Positions 28,526 to 37,606 of a stretch of DNA of 64,000 nucleotides are shown in pieces. The stretch is from the IMG/VR virus record IMGVR_UViG_3300022555_003212. One strand, 5' to 3'. The notes under the pieces were generated by a model that was not told the origin of the DNA, searched no databases, and saw nothing but the letters and a program-made list of their open reading frames with translations. The stretch comes from an uncultured virus (IMG/VR IMGVR_UViG_3300022555_003212) (Duplodnaviria; Heunggongvirae; Uroviricota; Caudoviricetes). The translations under genes were made by a program, and so were the position numbers. The first letter of the stretch is position 1. Each line of letters begins with the position of its first letter.

Positions 28526-28737
28526 AATGACTGGAGCTTATTAAGTTTATCCTTACGTATCTTGGATAGTGATACACAACAACACATAATACCGACCCGA
28601 AATACGCAGGCCCCATAATGATACATATTCTCATTATCTGGGTCATTGTATGCTGTATGAGGGTTGTGATGATCACATCGTCCGTTGTATGGGCATGTAT
28701 CATGTAACTCACACACTATCGTTATATGATTCCTCAT
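28522..28737 (-). CDS. class B Cys/His mini-protein
   Basis: CDHHNPH; IRKDKLNKL. Confidence 0.8.
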   Translation of the reverse strand: MRNHITIVCELHDTCPYNGRCDHHNPHTAYNDPDNENMYHYGACVFRVGIMCCCVSLSKIRKDKLNKLQSL

Positions 28738-28949
28738 AACCCAATCTCCTTAAGCTTAGCCATGTGCAGGGTTGATAGTGGTACAACCTTACACTGACAC
28801 ACCATGTTAGGGGTAAATAGATGTGGGCACTGACCTCTATGGTATGGCGGGAGGTAATCATACTCCTCCTCTAACCCCAATGCATGGGGTGCATGATGGG
28901 CACACTGTCTAATGACACAGGTACTGCTATGCTCACAGGCTACTAACAT
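28734..28949 (-). CDS. class B Cys/His mini-protein
   Basis: CAHHAPH; LHMAKLKEI. Confidence 0.75.
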   Translation of the reverse strand: MLVACEHSSTCVIRQCAHHAPHALGLEEEYDYLPPYHRGQCPHLFTPNMVCQCKVVPLSTLHMAKLKEIGL

Positions 28950-29155
28950 ATACCCATCTCCTTAAGCTTAGCTGTGCGTAGCGTATGTACAGGCACACAG
29001 GCGCACCATATACTCTCATGGAATAGCTGATCACGTAGCTGACACACACCATGACATGACTGGGGCTCCCCATCCTCTGGGTGGGCTACCTTATGATGCT
29101 TGCACACTGTCTTATCTATTGGGCATGTAGCTGCCAGCTCACACACTACTAACAT
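28943..29155 (-). CDS. class B Cys/His mini-protein
   Basis: MLVVCE..CKHHKVAH; LRTAKLKEM. Confidence 0.75.
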   Translation of the reverse strand: MLVVCELAATCPIDKTVCKHHKVAHPEDGEPQSCHGVCQLRDQLFHESIWCACVPVHTLRTAKLKEMGIC

Positions 29156-29332
29156 CTGCAATACGTTTAAGCTTAGCCATCCTTATATCTTTAGTGGACA
29201 TACATAGGTATGTACCGTCATGCTTACCGCAGTTGGATGAGCACTCACCACGGTAGCTGGTATGGGGGACAGCATACACTGGTCACCCCACTGGCAATCC
29301 CCTCCTGTATACATAGGGCTGATCGTTGGCAT
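29139..29332 (-). pseudogene. frameshifted class B Cys/His gene
   Basis: 194 nt; tail LCMSTKDIRMAKLKRI out of frame with ATG. Confidence 0.6.
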
Positions 29333-29669
29333 ATCAATAGCATAACACTCTCATATTCAAAGGTGATACATATATAACTTTTTGTATATCAAACATGACC
29401 TGTATCCCCATAGGAGGGCAGCCAAAAAAATTCCCTAAGGGCTGATGGACATATTGGGAAGCCAACATATGTCCATGAGTGCCATATGGGGACTCAGGGG
29501 CCATAGGGGGTACCCCCTCCTCTATAGGGGGGACAGGGGTCATAGATATGGAAAACGAAAAAAAGTTTTCCAGGTTTGAAAGGGTAAAATTGGTTTTTAA
29601 AATGTTTTGCATATGGCAAATTGAAAAATTTTTTTTGGTAAAAAATTCGGATTTTTCCATAGAAAATTT

Positions 29670-30008
29670 TTATCCAGTTCCAGTTAAAGGTTGTACTGGT
29701 TCCCAAAGAATATAATTTTTCGATAAGAGATCAGCCAATGGTTTATACTGGACATATTTCAGTTTATCCACTTTAATCAATTTAAGTTTCCTGATTAATT
29801 TATTGGGAATGATATAATATGGATTTTTGCATATATGAGATAACTGTTGATGGAGTTGTATTTCATTTCGGTATTTGACACAAGTGGCAACTATAAGAGC
29901 TTGGGCAGAATCCAAATCATTGTAATTTTCATCTACATGAAATACTGAATATAGTCCTGATATTGCAGGGTTAATTTGGTTCCATAAATCGTTCATATCG
30001 TGTTCCAT
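29670..30008 (-). CDS. class B protein (internal tag)
   Basis: IRKLKLIKV. Confidence 0.65.
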   Translation of the reverse strand: MEHDMNDLWNQINPAISGLYSVFHVDENYNDLDSAQALIVATCVKYRNEIQLHQQLSHICKNPYYIIPNKLIRKLKLIKVDKLKYVQYKPLADLLSKNYILWEPVQPLTGTG

Positions 30009-30053
30009 AATTATCAAAATGGTAAAGTGAAAAATTTTTTTTTGGTAAAAATT

Positions 30054-30353
30054 TTAGGATTTTTTATTTTGGATTTTTAATAGTTTAAGCATTCTTAATT
30101 CTTTTTCGGTATAGAAATGTGAATGAAATTGTTCCTCAGTAAAGAAGTCTGCTACGTCACCATATTCATCTATGCAAATTGAAATACAATTATCATTTAT
30201 GAAGAAATTATGGAGATCAAGATCGTAAGGCAAAATTGGATCATCAGGATATTCACTTTTAACACTATCCACAGTATACCAGATGTCTTTATAAAATGGG
30301 CCAGAATTTATATCCTTAAAGCAATAAACTTTATCTCCACGTTTTATATTCAT
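30054..30353 (-). CDS. class B GDxxYC family
   Basis: GDKVYC; FYTEKELRMLKL. Confidence 0.8.
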   Translation of the reverse strand: MNIKRGDKVYCFKDINSGPFYKDIWYTVDSVKSEYPDDPILPYDLDLHNFFINDNCISICIDEYGDVADFFTEEQFHSHFYTEKELRMLKLLKIQNKKS

Positions 30354-30532
30354 TTTTCTGTCAGACTATTTAATTTTTTCAGCTTCAATTGACGAACAGT
30401 AATGCATTTTGTGTTACGGTACAGTTTTGTACATTCGAGATTACATCCACGGTGGTAGTCATGTTCAAATCGATGGGAGCATTCAATGCAATATTCACTA
30501 TGTGTTAATTGCTCTTCACAAATGAGTTTCAT
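30350..30532 (-). CDS. class B Cys/His mini-protein
   Basis: CSHRFEH; VRQLKLKKL. Confidence 0.8.
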   Translation of the reverse strand: MKLICEEQLTHSEYCIECSHRFEHDYHRGCNLECTKLYRNTKCITVRQLKLKKLNSLTEK

Positions 30533-30792
30533 ATTCCAAGTTGTTTTAGTTTAGCTTTACGATATTCTTTTTCGGTATAGAAGTATTTTCCTATATACAG
30601 GCGGCTTTCTTTATTAGAGCAATTAAATGTTGATCCAAGCTGATGTCTAAATCCAATATTTGCAAATATCTGGCTTCTATTTCCAGTCATCGCATCATGG
30701 TACATTTCTATATGTAAGATAGGAACACGATCACCTATTTTCCATAATCCTTCAACATTTTGTTTAACGATTAAGATATCACCATCTTTCAT
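30529..30792 (-). CDS. class B GD family
   Basis: MKDGDIL; YRKAKLKQL. Confidence 0.8.
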   Translation of the reverse strand: MKDGDILIVKQNVEGLWKIGDRVPILHIEMYHDAMTGNRSQIFANIGFRHQLGSTFNCSNKESRLYIGKYFYTEKEYRKAKLKQLGI

Positions 30793-30793
30793 A

Positions 30794-31057
30794 TTATTGT
30801 ATTCCAAGTTGTTTCAGTTTAAGTTTTCTACATTCAGTAAGCGGCATGATATGTAATTTTTGAAATATTTCAGATTGCATTTCAACTTTAGTTATTCCCT
30901 GTCCAACTGTTTTACCATCTTTTGTAATTCTATACCATTCTGAATTATTAACAATTTCGATTAGGACAATATCACCAGCGATAAAGTGTTCTGATGTTTT
31001 AAAGCAGATATATTTTACTACATTTTGCATATGGCAAAATGGAAATGTTTTGGTCAT
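30794..31057 (-). CDS. class B protein, recent duplicate of 3' half of 31230
   Basis: KYICFKTSEHFIAGD; CRKLKLKQL. Confidence 0.8.
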   Translation of the reverse strand: MTKTFPFCHMQNVVKYICFKTSEHFIAGDIVLIEIVNNSEWYRITKDGKTVGQGITKVEMQSEIFQKLHIMPLTECRKLKLKQLGIQ

Positions 31058-31233
31058 ACAATTTTCTCCAGACGTTTTAATTTAAATTTACGGACGTTAT
31101 AACAATTTGCACTACCATTAACTTTTGAACAGGGGCAGCTATTACATTCTACTATTTTATCATGTTCCATTGTATGGTAGCAAAGTGGGTGATTACAGAC
31201 CCCAGTAATTTTATGTTCGCAGACAACCTTCAT
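31054..31233 (-). CDS. class B Cys/His mini-protein (59 aa, not in track)
   Basis: MKVVCEHKITGVCNHPLCYHTMEH...VRKFKLKRLEKIV. Confidence 0.8.
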   Translation of the reverse strand: MKVVCEHKITGVCNHPLCYHTMEHDKIVECNSCPCSKVNGSANCYNVRKFKLKRLEKIV

Positions 31234-31733
31234 ATTCCAAGTTGTTTTAGTTTCAGTCTACGGGATTCTTTCAGTGGCATGATATTTAGTTCTTGGAATA
31301 TTTCAGATTGCATTTCAACTTTGGTTATTCCAAGACCAATGGAAGCACATTTTATTGTTTTGCCATCTTTTGTAATTCTATACCAATTTGAATTATCAAC
31401 CACTTCAACAAAAACTATATCACCAGCGGTAAAATGTTGTGAAGTTTTAAAGCAGACATATTTGACCGCTTTCGATCTAAGTTTTTGAAGTTTTAATTTT
31501 CGCATTTCTTGGTTTGTATAAAAAACATCATAAAGATAATTTTGAGCAAATGTTTTCATAGTACAGAAGTGATATGGTACATCTTTAAATCTTACCCAAG
31601 TTTTAGAATCTCCATCGTGCCATATTTTATTTATGGTATAATACCTATTGAAATGTGGATCAACACGGTCATCATCCCAGTAACTTTTTTTACACAATAT
31701 TTTATCACCTACTTTATGTTCACAAATGCTCAT
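31230..31733 (-). CDS. class B two-unit fusion with two tags
   Basis: MRKLKLQKL internal and SRRLKLKQL terminal. Confidence 0.8.
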   Translation of the reverse strand: MSICEHKVGDKILCKKSYWDDDRVDPHFNRYYTINKIWHDGDSKTWVRFKDVPYHFCTMKTFAQNYLYDVFYTNQEMRKLKLQKLRSKAVKYVCFKTSQHFTAGDIVFVEVVDNSNWYRITKDGKTIKCASIGLGITKVEMQSEIFQELNIMPLKESRRLKLKQLGI

Positions 31734-31909
31734 ACAATTTTCTCCAGACGTTTTAATTTAAATTTACGGATGGTGATACATTTGGCATTGTTATCATCTG
31801 AATGACAGCATCCCAATGAGCAACTAAAGCTTTTATTATGCTCAACTGAATGATAGCATCTTGGGTTTCTACAAATGATAGTACCTTTAAGTTCACAGAT
31901 ATATTTCAT
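31730..31909 (-). CDS. class B Cys/His mini-protein (59 aa, not in track)
   Basis: MKYICELKGTIICRNPRCYHSVEH...IRKFKLKRLEKIV. Confidence 0.8.
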   Translation of the reverse strand: MKYICELKGTIICRNPRCYHSVEHNKSFSCSLGCCHSDDNNAKCITIRKFKLKRLEKIV

Positions 31910-32183
31910 TTATTCGATTAAGTTTCAATTTCCGTAATTGTGGTTCGGTATAGAAGTGTTCTTCAAATTCCTGTTTTTTTAGAAAGAAATAGTTTAATGA
32001 TGCGTCTGTGTATAATGTAATATAAAATATATTTGGATTGGCAGAACTGAATTTTTCAATATGTTCATTTCTGGGAGTATCATAAACTTTATAGTAACAA
32101 TTCTTTTTGAATATTAGTATATGATTATCGAATCCAGCAAAATAATCTTTAATACAATATACTTTACTACCGTGCAATATCAT
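31893..32183 (-). CDS. class B GxxVYC family
   Basis: LRKLKLNRI. Confidence 0.8.
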   Translation of the reverse strand: MILHGSKVYCIKDYFAGFDNHILIFKKNCYYKVYDTPRNEHIEKFSSANPNIFYITLYTDASLNYFFLKKQEFEEHFYTEPQLRKLKLNRINEIYL

Positions 32184-32416
32184 GCTCTTTCTCTTTTAAT
32201 AATATTCCAACCATATCCAAAATATTGTCTGCCACCCTTACACGAATCCATATACTCATGAAACTCATTTTTATAAGATTCCCAGACACGTGTTTCTGTA
32301 TAATATTCGAACCAGATTAAATCGCCATTAGTCATAATAGTTGGAAGATATGCATATTTTTTTACGGTTTCTTTAAATCCAACATTTTCTTTTCCTAATT
32401 TTCTTCCTATTTTCAT
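32180..32416 (-). CDS. untagged hypothetical phage protein
   Basis: YAYLP..G.LIWFEY; coupled to neighbours. Confidence 0.75.
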   Translation of the reverse strand: MKIGRKLGKENVGFKETVKKYAYLPTIMTNGDLIWFEYYTETRVWESYKNEFHEYMDSCKGGRQYFGYGWNIIKRERA

Positions 32417-32664
32417 AATCCCAATTGATTTAATTTCATTTTACGATATTCTTGAAGTGGTACAATATTAAGTTCTTTAAATTCTTCAGATTTGGAATAG
32501 AAATGGCTTATACCAAGGAGAATTATTTTTCCACGGCTTTCATGTTTTAGCCAGACCTGATTTTCGCTAAGGATTTTAACTGGTATAACATCTCCTTTTT
32601 TAAAGAATTCAGAATCTTTATAGCAAAAATAATCAACGGTTCCAGTGCCCATAGAATTTTTCAT
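32413..32664 (-). CDS. class B protein
   Basis: YFCYKDSEFFKKGD; YRKMKLNQL. Confidence 0.8.
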   Translation of the reverse strand: MKNSMGTGTVDYFCYKDSEFFKKGDVIPVKILSENQVWLKHESRGKIILLGISHFYSKSEEFKELNIVPLQEYRKMKLNQLGL

Positions 32665-32866
32665 ATTTTTTCGGTCCCAATTTCAATTTAAGCTCAAGTT
32701 CTTCCATTTTAACTTTTCTAACATCTATGCAACTTATTTTATCTCCATGAAATTGACAATATACATTGCATCTATTATCTTCCATTTCTTCATGACCTAT
32801 TGCATGAGGGCATTCTTTACGAACATTACAGCTATTATAGCTTGGGCATATTATCAGGTTTCCCAT
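32633..32866 (-). CDS. class B Cys/His mini-protein
   Basis: CPHAIGH; VRKVKMEEL. Confidence 0.8.
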   Translation of the reverse strand: MGNLIICPSYNSCNVRKECPHAIGHEEMEDNRCNVYCQFHGDKISCIDVRKVKMEELELKLKLGPKKYEKFYGHWNR

Positions 32867-32930
32867 AGTTGATTCAACTTCAGTTAATTGATTTAGTGAT
32901 TAGTATACTACCTTTATGTAATTTCATAAG

Positions 32931-32938
32931 CAAAGATA
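32931..32938 (-). promoter_or_regulatory. Bacteroidota-type -7 promoter
   Basis: TATCTTTG in intergenic gap. Confidence 0.55.
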
Positions 32939-32939
32939 G

Positions 32940-33212
32940 TTAAAGTTGATCAATTTTTTTCAATTTAATTTTACGGTATTCTGATAATGTATAGAAATAA
33001 TTCCATAGATACAAACTACTTTCTTTATCAGTACAATTAAATGCGAAATAATTTTCATCTGATAATTTTATTGTCACATATAGATCACCAGCCTGTGTTG
33101 AATCAAGAAGTTGAGCATGTCCAACGCTATAAACTGATAGTATTTCTTCAGGCTTGGATAATCCATCGGTTCCTTTAGCGACTAATAGGCTGCCTTTTTT
33201 TATTGAGTTCAT
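32940..33212 (-). CDS. class B protein
   Basis: YRKIKLKKI. Confidence 0.8.
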   Translation of the reverse strand: MNSIKKGSLLVAKGTDGLSKPEEILSVYSVGHAQLLDSTQAGDLYVTIKLSDENYFAFNCTDKESSLYLWNYFYTLSEYRKIKLKKIDQL

Positions 33213-33390
33213 TTTCCAATAATTGTTTCAATTTAAATTTTCTGGTACATATACATTTTACATTTTTAGACAGCACCATACACTGGGATTCTTCGCAACC
33301 AACGGAAAACGCTTCATGCTCAGTTTTATGGCGGCATGTTGTTTTAGTTTGGTTACACTCTTTATATTTTATACAGATGACTCTTTGCAT
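33175..33390 (-). CDS. class B Cys/His mini-protein
   Basis: CRHKTEH; TRKFKLKQL. Confidence 0.8.
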   Translation of the reverse strand: MQRVICIKYKECNQTKTTCRHKTEHEAFSVGCEESQCMVLSKNVKCICTRKFKLKQLLENELNKKRQPISR

Positions 33391-33559
33391 TTTTTGTTAA
33401 TTGTTTCAGTTTAAATTTTCTGGGGTTTACGCATTTTACAACTCTATTAGTACTGTTACAATGTTCATTACCACAAATATTCACAGGATCATGTTCAGTT
33501 TTATGGGGGCAATTATTTCTATTACAGTTTTTATATTTTGAGCAAATTACTTTTGGCAT
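33362..33559 (-). CDS. class B Cys/His mini-protein
   Basis: CPHKTEH; PRKFKLKQL. Confidence 0.8.
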   Translation of the reverse strand: MPKVICSKYKNCNRNNCPHKTEHDPVNICGNEHCNSTNRVVKCVNPRKFKLKQLTKNAKSHLYKI

Positions 33560-33731
33560 TTTTTTCCAATTTTTTCAATTTGAATTTTCTGGTACTTACG
33601 CAGCATACATTTTTACCAATCCAATTACAATGAGTTCCGATTGGGCCGCAAATAGAACCCATGGTGTCATGATCCGTTTTATGTCGGCATGCACCTGTAC
33701 ATGTTTTATATTTTACACAAATGACTGTCAT
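33531..33731 (-). CDS. class B Cys/His mini-protein
   Basis: CRHKTDH; TRKFKLKKL. Confidence 0.8.
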   Translation of the reverse strand: MTVICVKYKTCTGACRHKTDHDTMGSICGPIGTHCNWIGKNVCCVSTRKFKLKKLEKNAKSNLLKI

Positions 33732-33736
33732 TTTAG

Positions 33737-34327
33737 TTAGCGACCCAATTCATCAGCTACCCTCGGTTTTGGGTCAAGTTTATCATCAATTAATTTCAAT
33801 TTGAATTTTCTTTTTGATATTTCAGTTGGTGCATAATATAGTTCTGAGATATATTGTTTTTCGCTATATTTTCCTTTGGAATAATTAATTGAAACAAACA
33901 GGTTATAAAACGGTGCTGTTTTAAGTACATCAAAAAGATTTTTATTATGATAAGAGCTAACAACAATATGGTCATGATCTTCCCAAACTGCGTATCCACT
34001 GAATTCTTTGGTGTTCCATAAAAAATCGGCAAAATCGTCTGAGAAATAATCGTGGGTTCTTCCATCGAGGGATTTCCAAAGAAAATCTTGTATTTCTTTT
34101 GCGTGTCTTTGATATGGTTCTTCGTGTATCCAGACTCTGACGCTATTTCTATAGGTACCACTTATGTATAAATATTCGATGGGAATTGTTTTAGTAGCAT
34201 GTTCTATGAACATATGTATATCTTTTCTTGGAATATAGAAGTCATGGAAATTCCAGACGTTATTATAGGAGTAGCTGGATATTTTAAATTCGCTACAATC
34301 AACAGATAACCCATTTTTAAGTGTCAT
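33737..34327 (-). CDS. class B protein
   Basis: KRKFKLKLI. Confidence 0.8.
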   Translation of the reverse strand: MTLKNGLSVDCSEFKISSYSYNNVWNFHDFYIPRKDIHMFIEHATKTIPIEYLYISGTYRNSVRVWIHEEPYQRHAKEIQDFLWKSLDGRTHDYFSDDFADFLWNTKEFSGYAVWEDHDHIVVSSYHNKNLFDVLKTAPFYNLFVSINYSKGKYSEKQYISELYYAPTEISKRKFKLKLIDDKLDPKPRVADELGR

Positions 34328-34545
34328 ATTTTTTTTAATTTACTAAGTTTTTCTTTACGAATATCCTGAGCGAACATTGCTTCTATTTGAAGTTTCAATT
34401 TTTTCTGAGTTTCTGGGGTTAATCCCATCCACATGAAATTATCATCAATAAATTTTTTTACATCACCCTCACGAGGTTTAAACAAATGAAATGGTACATC
34501 GATTTCGATTTCATTCTTATTTATTGATATTATTGTGGTTGACAT
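34324..34545 (-). CDS. class B protein
   Basis: IRKEKLSKL. Confidence 0.8.
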   Translation of the reverse strand: MSTTIISINKNEIEIDVPFHLFKPREGDVKKFIDDNFMWMGLTPETQKKLKLQIEAMFAQDIRKEKLSKLKKI

Positions 34546-34769
34546 AATTTATTGATTTTCAGTCTTCTGAGTTCTGATTCTGTATAGAAATATTTTTTAA
34601 AATCTTTTTTAGTAAACAGGTGGAATTCATCGTATGATTTTTTTATACCTAATAATGAAACGTGGGATGTTGATCCATCAATGTTTTGGGTGCTGAATAC
34701 TTCATACCATTTATTTTTTTTAAAGACCATATAGCCTTTATAGCAATATACTTTATCATGTGGTTTCAC
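34530..34769 (-). CDS. class B DxVYC family
   Basis: LRRLKINKL. Confidence 0.8.
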   Translation of the reverse strand: MKPHDKVYCYKGYMVFKKNKWYEVFSTQNIDGSTSHVSLLGIKKSYDEFHLFTKKDFKKYFYTESELRRLKINKLCQPQ

Positions 34770-35014
34770 ATCAATTTTTTTAATTTTTCTTTTCTTTCTC
34801 GTTTAATGATATCGAAGTAATATTCAAATATTTCTCTTGGCATTCTGATATATCCGCCATAATAATCGACAACAACTTTGTATAATAATCCTTCTGGAGT
34901 TTGTTGAATTCTGTATGGATATATTTGTCCTACGGTAAAAGAGTTATTACCCCTTATACATTTAACTACTTTATTAGGGTTATTGGCAGTAATTACTTCA
35001 TCAATTTTCATCAT
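34766..35014 (-). CDS. class B C..FTVG..Y family
   Basis: ERKEKLKKL. Confidence 0.8.
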   Translation of the reverse strand: MMKIDEVITANNPNKVVKCIRGNNSFTVGQIYPYRIQQTPEGLLYKVVVDYYGGYIRMPREIFEYYFDIIKRERKEKLKKLM

Positions 35015-35229
35015 TTCATCAATTTTTTAATTTTAAGTTTTCTGACTTCTTGTTCGGTATAGAAGTATAAAACATATGCAACTGAGAACGTAGTCATCCA
35101 AATGGTACCGATTTTAAATCTCTTAAGATTGGCATTATAATCTAATATTTCATATGCATGACCTTTTTTAAAATGACAGGTATGCAATTTGAAATCACTT
35201 TTACAATATATTATATCACCTATTTTCAT
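35011..35229 (-). CDS. class B GDxxYC family
   Basis: VRKLKIKKL. Confidence 0.8.
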   Translation of the reverse strand: MKIGDIIYCKSDFKLHTCHFKKGHAYEILDYNANLKRFKIGTIWMTTFSVAYVLYFYTEQEVRKLKIKKLMK

Positions 35230-35452
35230 TAAGTTGTTTCAGTTTTTGTTTTCTGGTTTCTTTTATTGTACTGAAATGTTCTTCAAAGAATTCACTATAT
35301 GATGTCATCCAGAGGTCACCAATTAAGAATCTATCAAAAACCTTCTCATATTCTAACACAGCATACCACTGACCTTTTTCATAGGTATACACGCCATTTT
35401 CTATGTATTCGTGGCAATCTTTTTTACAGTATACGATATCACCTTTTTTCAT
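35216..35452 (-). CDS. class B GDxxYC family
   Basis: TRKQKLKQL. Confidence 0.8.
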   Translation of the reverse strand: MKKGDIVYCKKDCHEYIENGVYTYEKGQWYAVLEYEKVFDRFLIGDLWMTSYSEFFEEHFSTIKETRKQKLKQLNENR

Positions 35453-35696
35453 CGAGTTGTTTGAGTTTTAATTTTCTGGTTTCTTTTTCCGAATAGAAAA
35501 GTTCATAAAAGAATGTTGTGGTTGTTAATAACCAGAGTTCACAAATTTTAACTCTTTCATATTGCGGGTCATAATCGGTTACTGAATATGCTTTATCTTT
35601 TTCAAAAGTGAAGAATTTAGTTGGTCCTCCAATGGTAAAGAAATCAATAGCTTCTTGACAATCTTTTTTACAGTATAGTATATCACCTTTTTTCAT
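35439..35696 (-). CDS. class B GDxxYC family
   Basis: MKKGDILYC; TRKLKLKQL. Confidence 0.8.
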   Translation of the reverse strand: MKKGDILYCKKDCQEAIDFFTIGGPTKFFTFEKDKAYSVTDYDPQYERVKICELWLLTTTTFFYELFYSEKETRKLKLKQLDEKR

Positions 35697-35916
35697 CGAG
35701 TTTGGCAATTTTATTCAGTTTCAATTTTCGTATATCTTTAATGCTTGTTAAATAATCTATATGTATTAAATCATTCCAATCGCCATCTACTATTATTGGT
35801 TTATCCAATTTTGCTAATTTGAGGGTATGATCAATAAAAACAATTCTTCGCTTAAATGGTGTTGTCCAAATCCTATAATAGTTAGAATTTGGCTCAACCA
35901 TATCACCTATTTTCAT
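35683..35916 (-). CDS. class B GD family
   Basis: IRKLKLNKI. Confidence 0.8.
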   Translation of the reverse strand: MKIGDMVEPNSNYYRIWTTPFKRRIVFIDHTLKLAKLDKPIIVDGDWNDLIHIDYLTSIKDIRKLKLNKIAKLDEKR

Positions 35917-36112
35917 TGAGTTGTTTCATTTTAAGGTTTCTTGTTTCTTTAGTAGAAATGAAGTAATCACACCAGAAAGATTCAACTCTATCATTATCTG
36001 CAATAACATTGATATAAAAATCTGGGGTTCTTGGTATGTTGATAATTTCATTATCTTTTATTTCATGTTCAACCCATCCAGTGGTACTATGGAATGAGAA
36101 TGATAGGGCCAT
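35903..36112 (-). CDS. class B protein
   Basis: TRNLKMKQL. Confidence 0.7.
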   Translation of the reverse strand: MALSFSFHSTTGWVEHEIKDNEIINIPRTPDFYINVIADNDRVESFWCDYFISTKETRNLKMKQLNENR

Positions 36113-36540
36113 ACCAATAGTCCTTGAGTGTCGATTAGGTAGCCTATATAAACACCACCTAAAATTTTTTCCTGTTCTGTAAGTGTACCAGATATTTTTT
36201 TGAGTTTTAATTTTCTGGTAAGAATTTCACTACCGAATTTGATATAGTTATCAGTCCATTTTTGGTATGGATCAACAAACAGTTGAAGGTGACCTATATT
36301 ACCAAATGGGTATATCATTCCTTTATTTTGAAGCACGGCACCAACCTTTGGAGCGAACCCCATTAAATCCATCAGAACGGATGCTATATTACCATTTGTG
36401 ATGATACTGGTAGATTTCAGCTCATAAGCTTTTTTCATAACAGTGTCAAAGAAGGCACGTTGGACTGAATGGGTGGTATATCCGCCAGTTAAAAGGCTCG
36501 GATTATTAAGTAACTCATCCACACTAAATAGTACGTTCAT
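36058..36540 (-). CDS. gp23-like major capsid protein fragment with class B tag
   Basis: IITNGNIASVLMD..GF...IYPFGNIGHLQLFVDPYQKWTD; TRKLKLKKI. Confidence 0.55.
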   Translation of the reverse strand: MNVLFSVDELLNNPSLLTGGYTTHSVQRAFFDTVMKKAYELKSTSIITNGNIASVLMDLMGFAPKVGAVLQNKGMIYPFGNIGHLQLFVDPYQKWTDNYIKFGSEILTRKLKLKKISGTLTEQEKILGGVYIGYLIDTQGLLVWPYHSHSIVPLDGLNMK

Positions 36541-36779
36541 TTCAGTTTATTTAATTTTTCTTTACGTTCTTTCATTAATTTCAATCGATCAAATTCTTCA
36601 TCGGTTATAACAGCATTACAATTTTCGCACTGGTAGAATGGTATTCCATCTGAGTTCCAGAATTCGTCATAGTGGAATAGTCCACCTTCTTCGTTACATT
36701 TGGGGCATATATCGCCACCGATAGCAGTTACTTCAACAACTTGTATGTTATTACTTTTTTTATTCTTCTTCCACCACAT
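36537..36779 (-). CDS. class B Zn-ribbon protein
   Basis: CPKC...CENC; ERKEKLNKL. Confidence 0.8.
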   Translation of the reverse strand: MWWKKNKKSNNIQVVEVTAIGGDICPKCNEEGGLFHYDEFWNSDGIPFYQCENCNAVITDEEFDRLKLMKERKEKLNKLK

Positions 36780-37008
36780 ATAACAGATGAATTAATTTTC
36801 GTTGTCTAAGTTCTTTTAATGGTATCACTTTAAATTTTAAACTAAAATTATAATTGCTTATAATGAATTTTTGTTTTGAGTCATTTTTAATTATCGTAAT
36901 ACTCAACAAATCTCCAGGGTTTCTGAATATATATTTTACTGTAAAGATATCATATTTTTTAAAGACATCAAAGTCTTTAATGCATAATATATTATCACCT
37001 TTTTTCAT
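36760..37008 (-). CDS. class B GDxxxC family
   Basis: LRQRKLIHL. Confidence 0.8.
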   Translation of the reverse strand: MKKGDNILCIKDFDVFKKYDIFTVKYIFRNPGDLLSITIIKNDSKQKFIISNYNFSLKFKVIPLKELRQRKLIHLLYVVEEE

Positions 37009-37010
37009 AG

Positions 37011-37292
37011 TCACCGACCCGATTTATCGAGCACTTTTTCAATTTGGGTTAACTTTTGTTTTCTAACTTCTGATAGTGATATTTTAAAGAAATTTCCGAT
37101 AATATAGTATGAACTTAATTCATAAGTTTCGTTTGTATTGATTTTAGTTATGGATATCATTTCAAAGAAATCGCTTTGCACTGGGGTTATTTTATCTATT
37201 CTAAAGATATCGGTTTTTGATGTCTTAATACCTATATCTATTACGACATTTTTTGTGCAGCGTAAGTGATCACCGATTTTAATACTTTCCAT
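37011..37292 (-). CDS. class B GDxxxC family
   Basis: VRKQKLTQI...VLDKSGR. Confidence 0.8.
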   Translation of the reverse strand: MESIKIGDHLRCTKNVVIDIGIKTSKTDIFRIDKITPVQSDFFEMISITKINTNETYELSSYYIIGNFFKISLSEVRKQKLTQIEKVLDKSGR

Positions 37293-37294
37293 AG

Positions 37295-37606
37295 TTACCG
37301 ACCCGATTTATCGAGCACTTTTAGTTTAAACTTTCTTACCAATTTGGTATCAAAGACATTTATATCATCATCATAATAAAAGAATTTTCTACTGATGGTT
37401 CTAAAACCTTCAAATTTGTAAGCTGGTTTATTTGAAATATATATTGGGTAAGTTAAATTTATTTCAGGATACCATAAACCAGTTTCATATGCTCTATCTC
37501 CACCCCAAGTATATCCTTGAGCGAAGAGTGCTGTTTGAGCATTAAGTAGTTCTTTCAAACTATTAATTTCCTGTAAAAAATCTGGAAAGTTATCTATCTG
37601 ATCCAT
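37295..37606 (-). CDS. class B Q..L...G..W family
   Basis: VRKFKLKVLDKSGR. Confidence 0.8.
   Translation of the reverse strand: MDQIDNFPDFLQEINSLKELLNAQTALFAQGYTWGGDRAYETGLWYPEINLTYPIYISNKPAYKFEGFRTISRKFFYYDDDINVFDTKLVRKFKLKVLDKSGR

Larger units (their letters stand above)
28740..30080. other. A-tract-free segment, G/C-run cluster and phased A-tracts; candidate packaging (pac)/terminus site
   Basis: Almost no AAA/TTT 28740-29340; GGGGGTACCCCC at 29506-29517; A/T tracts about every 11 bp 29618-29671. Confidence 0.45.

Noticed and set aside
29334..29715. ORFs 29334-29660, 29479-29715 and 29494-29706
   Set aside because: Mutually overlapping low-complexity translations of the G/C-run and A-tract element, without tags or family motifs.
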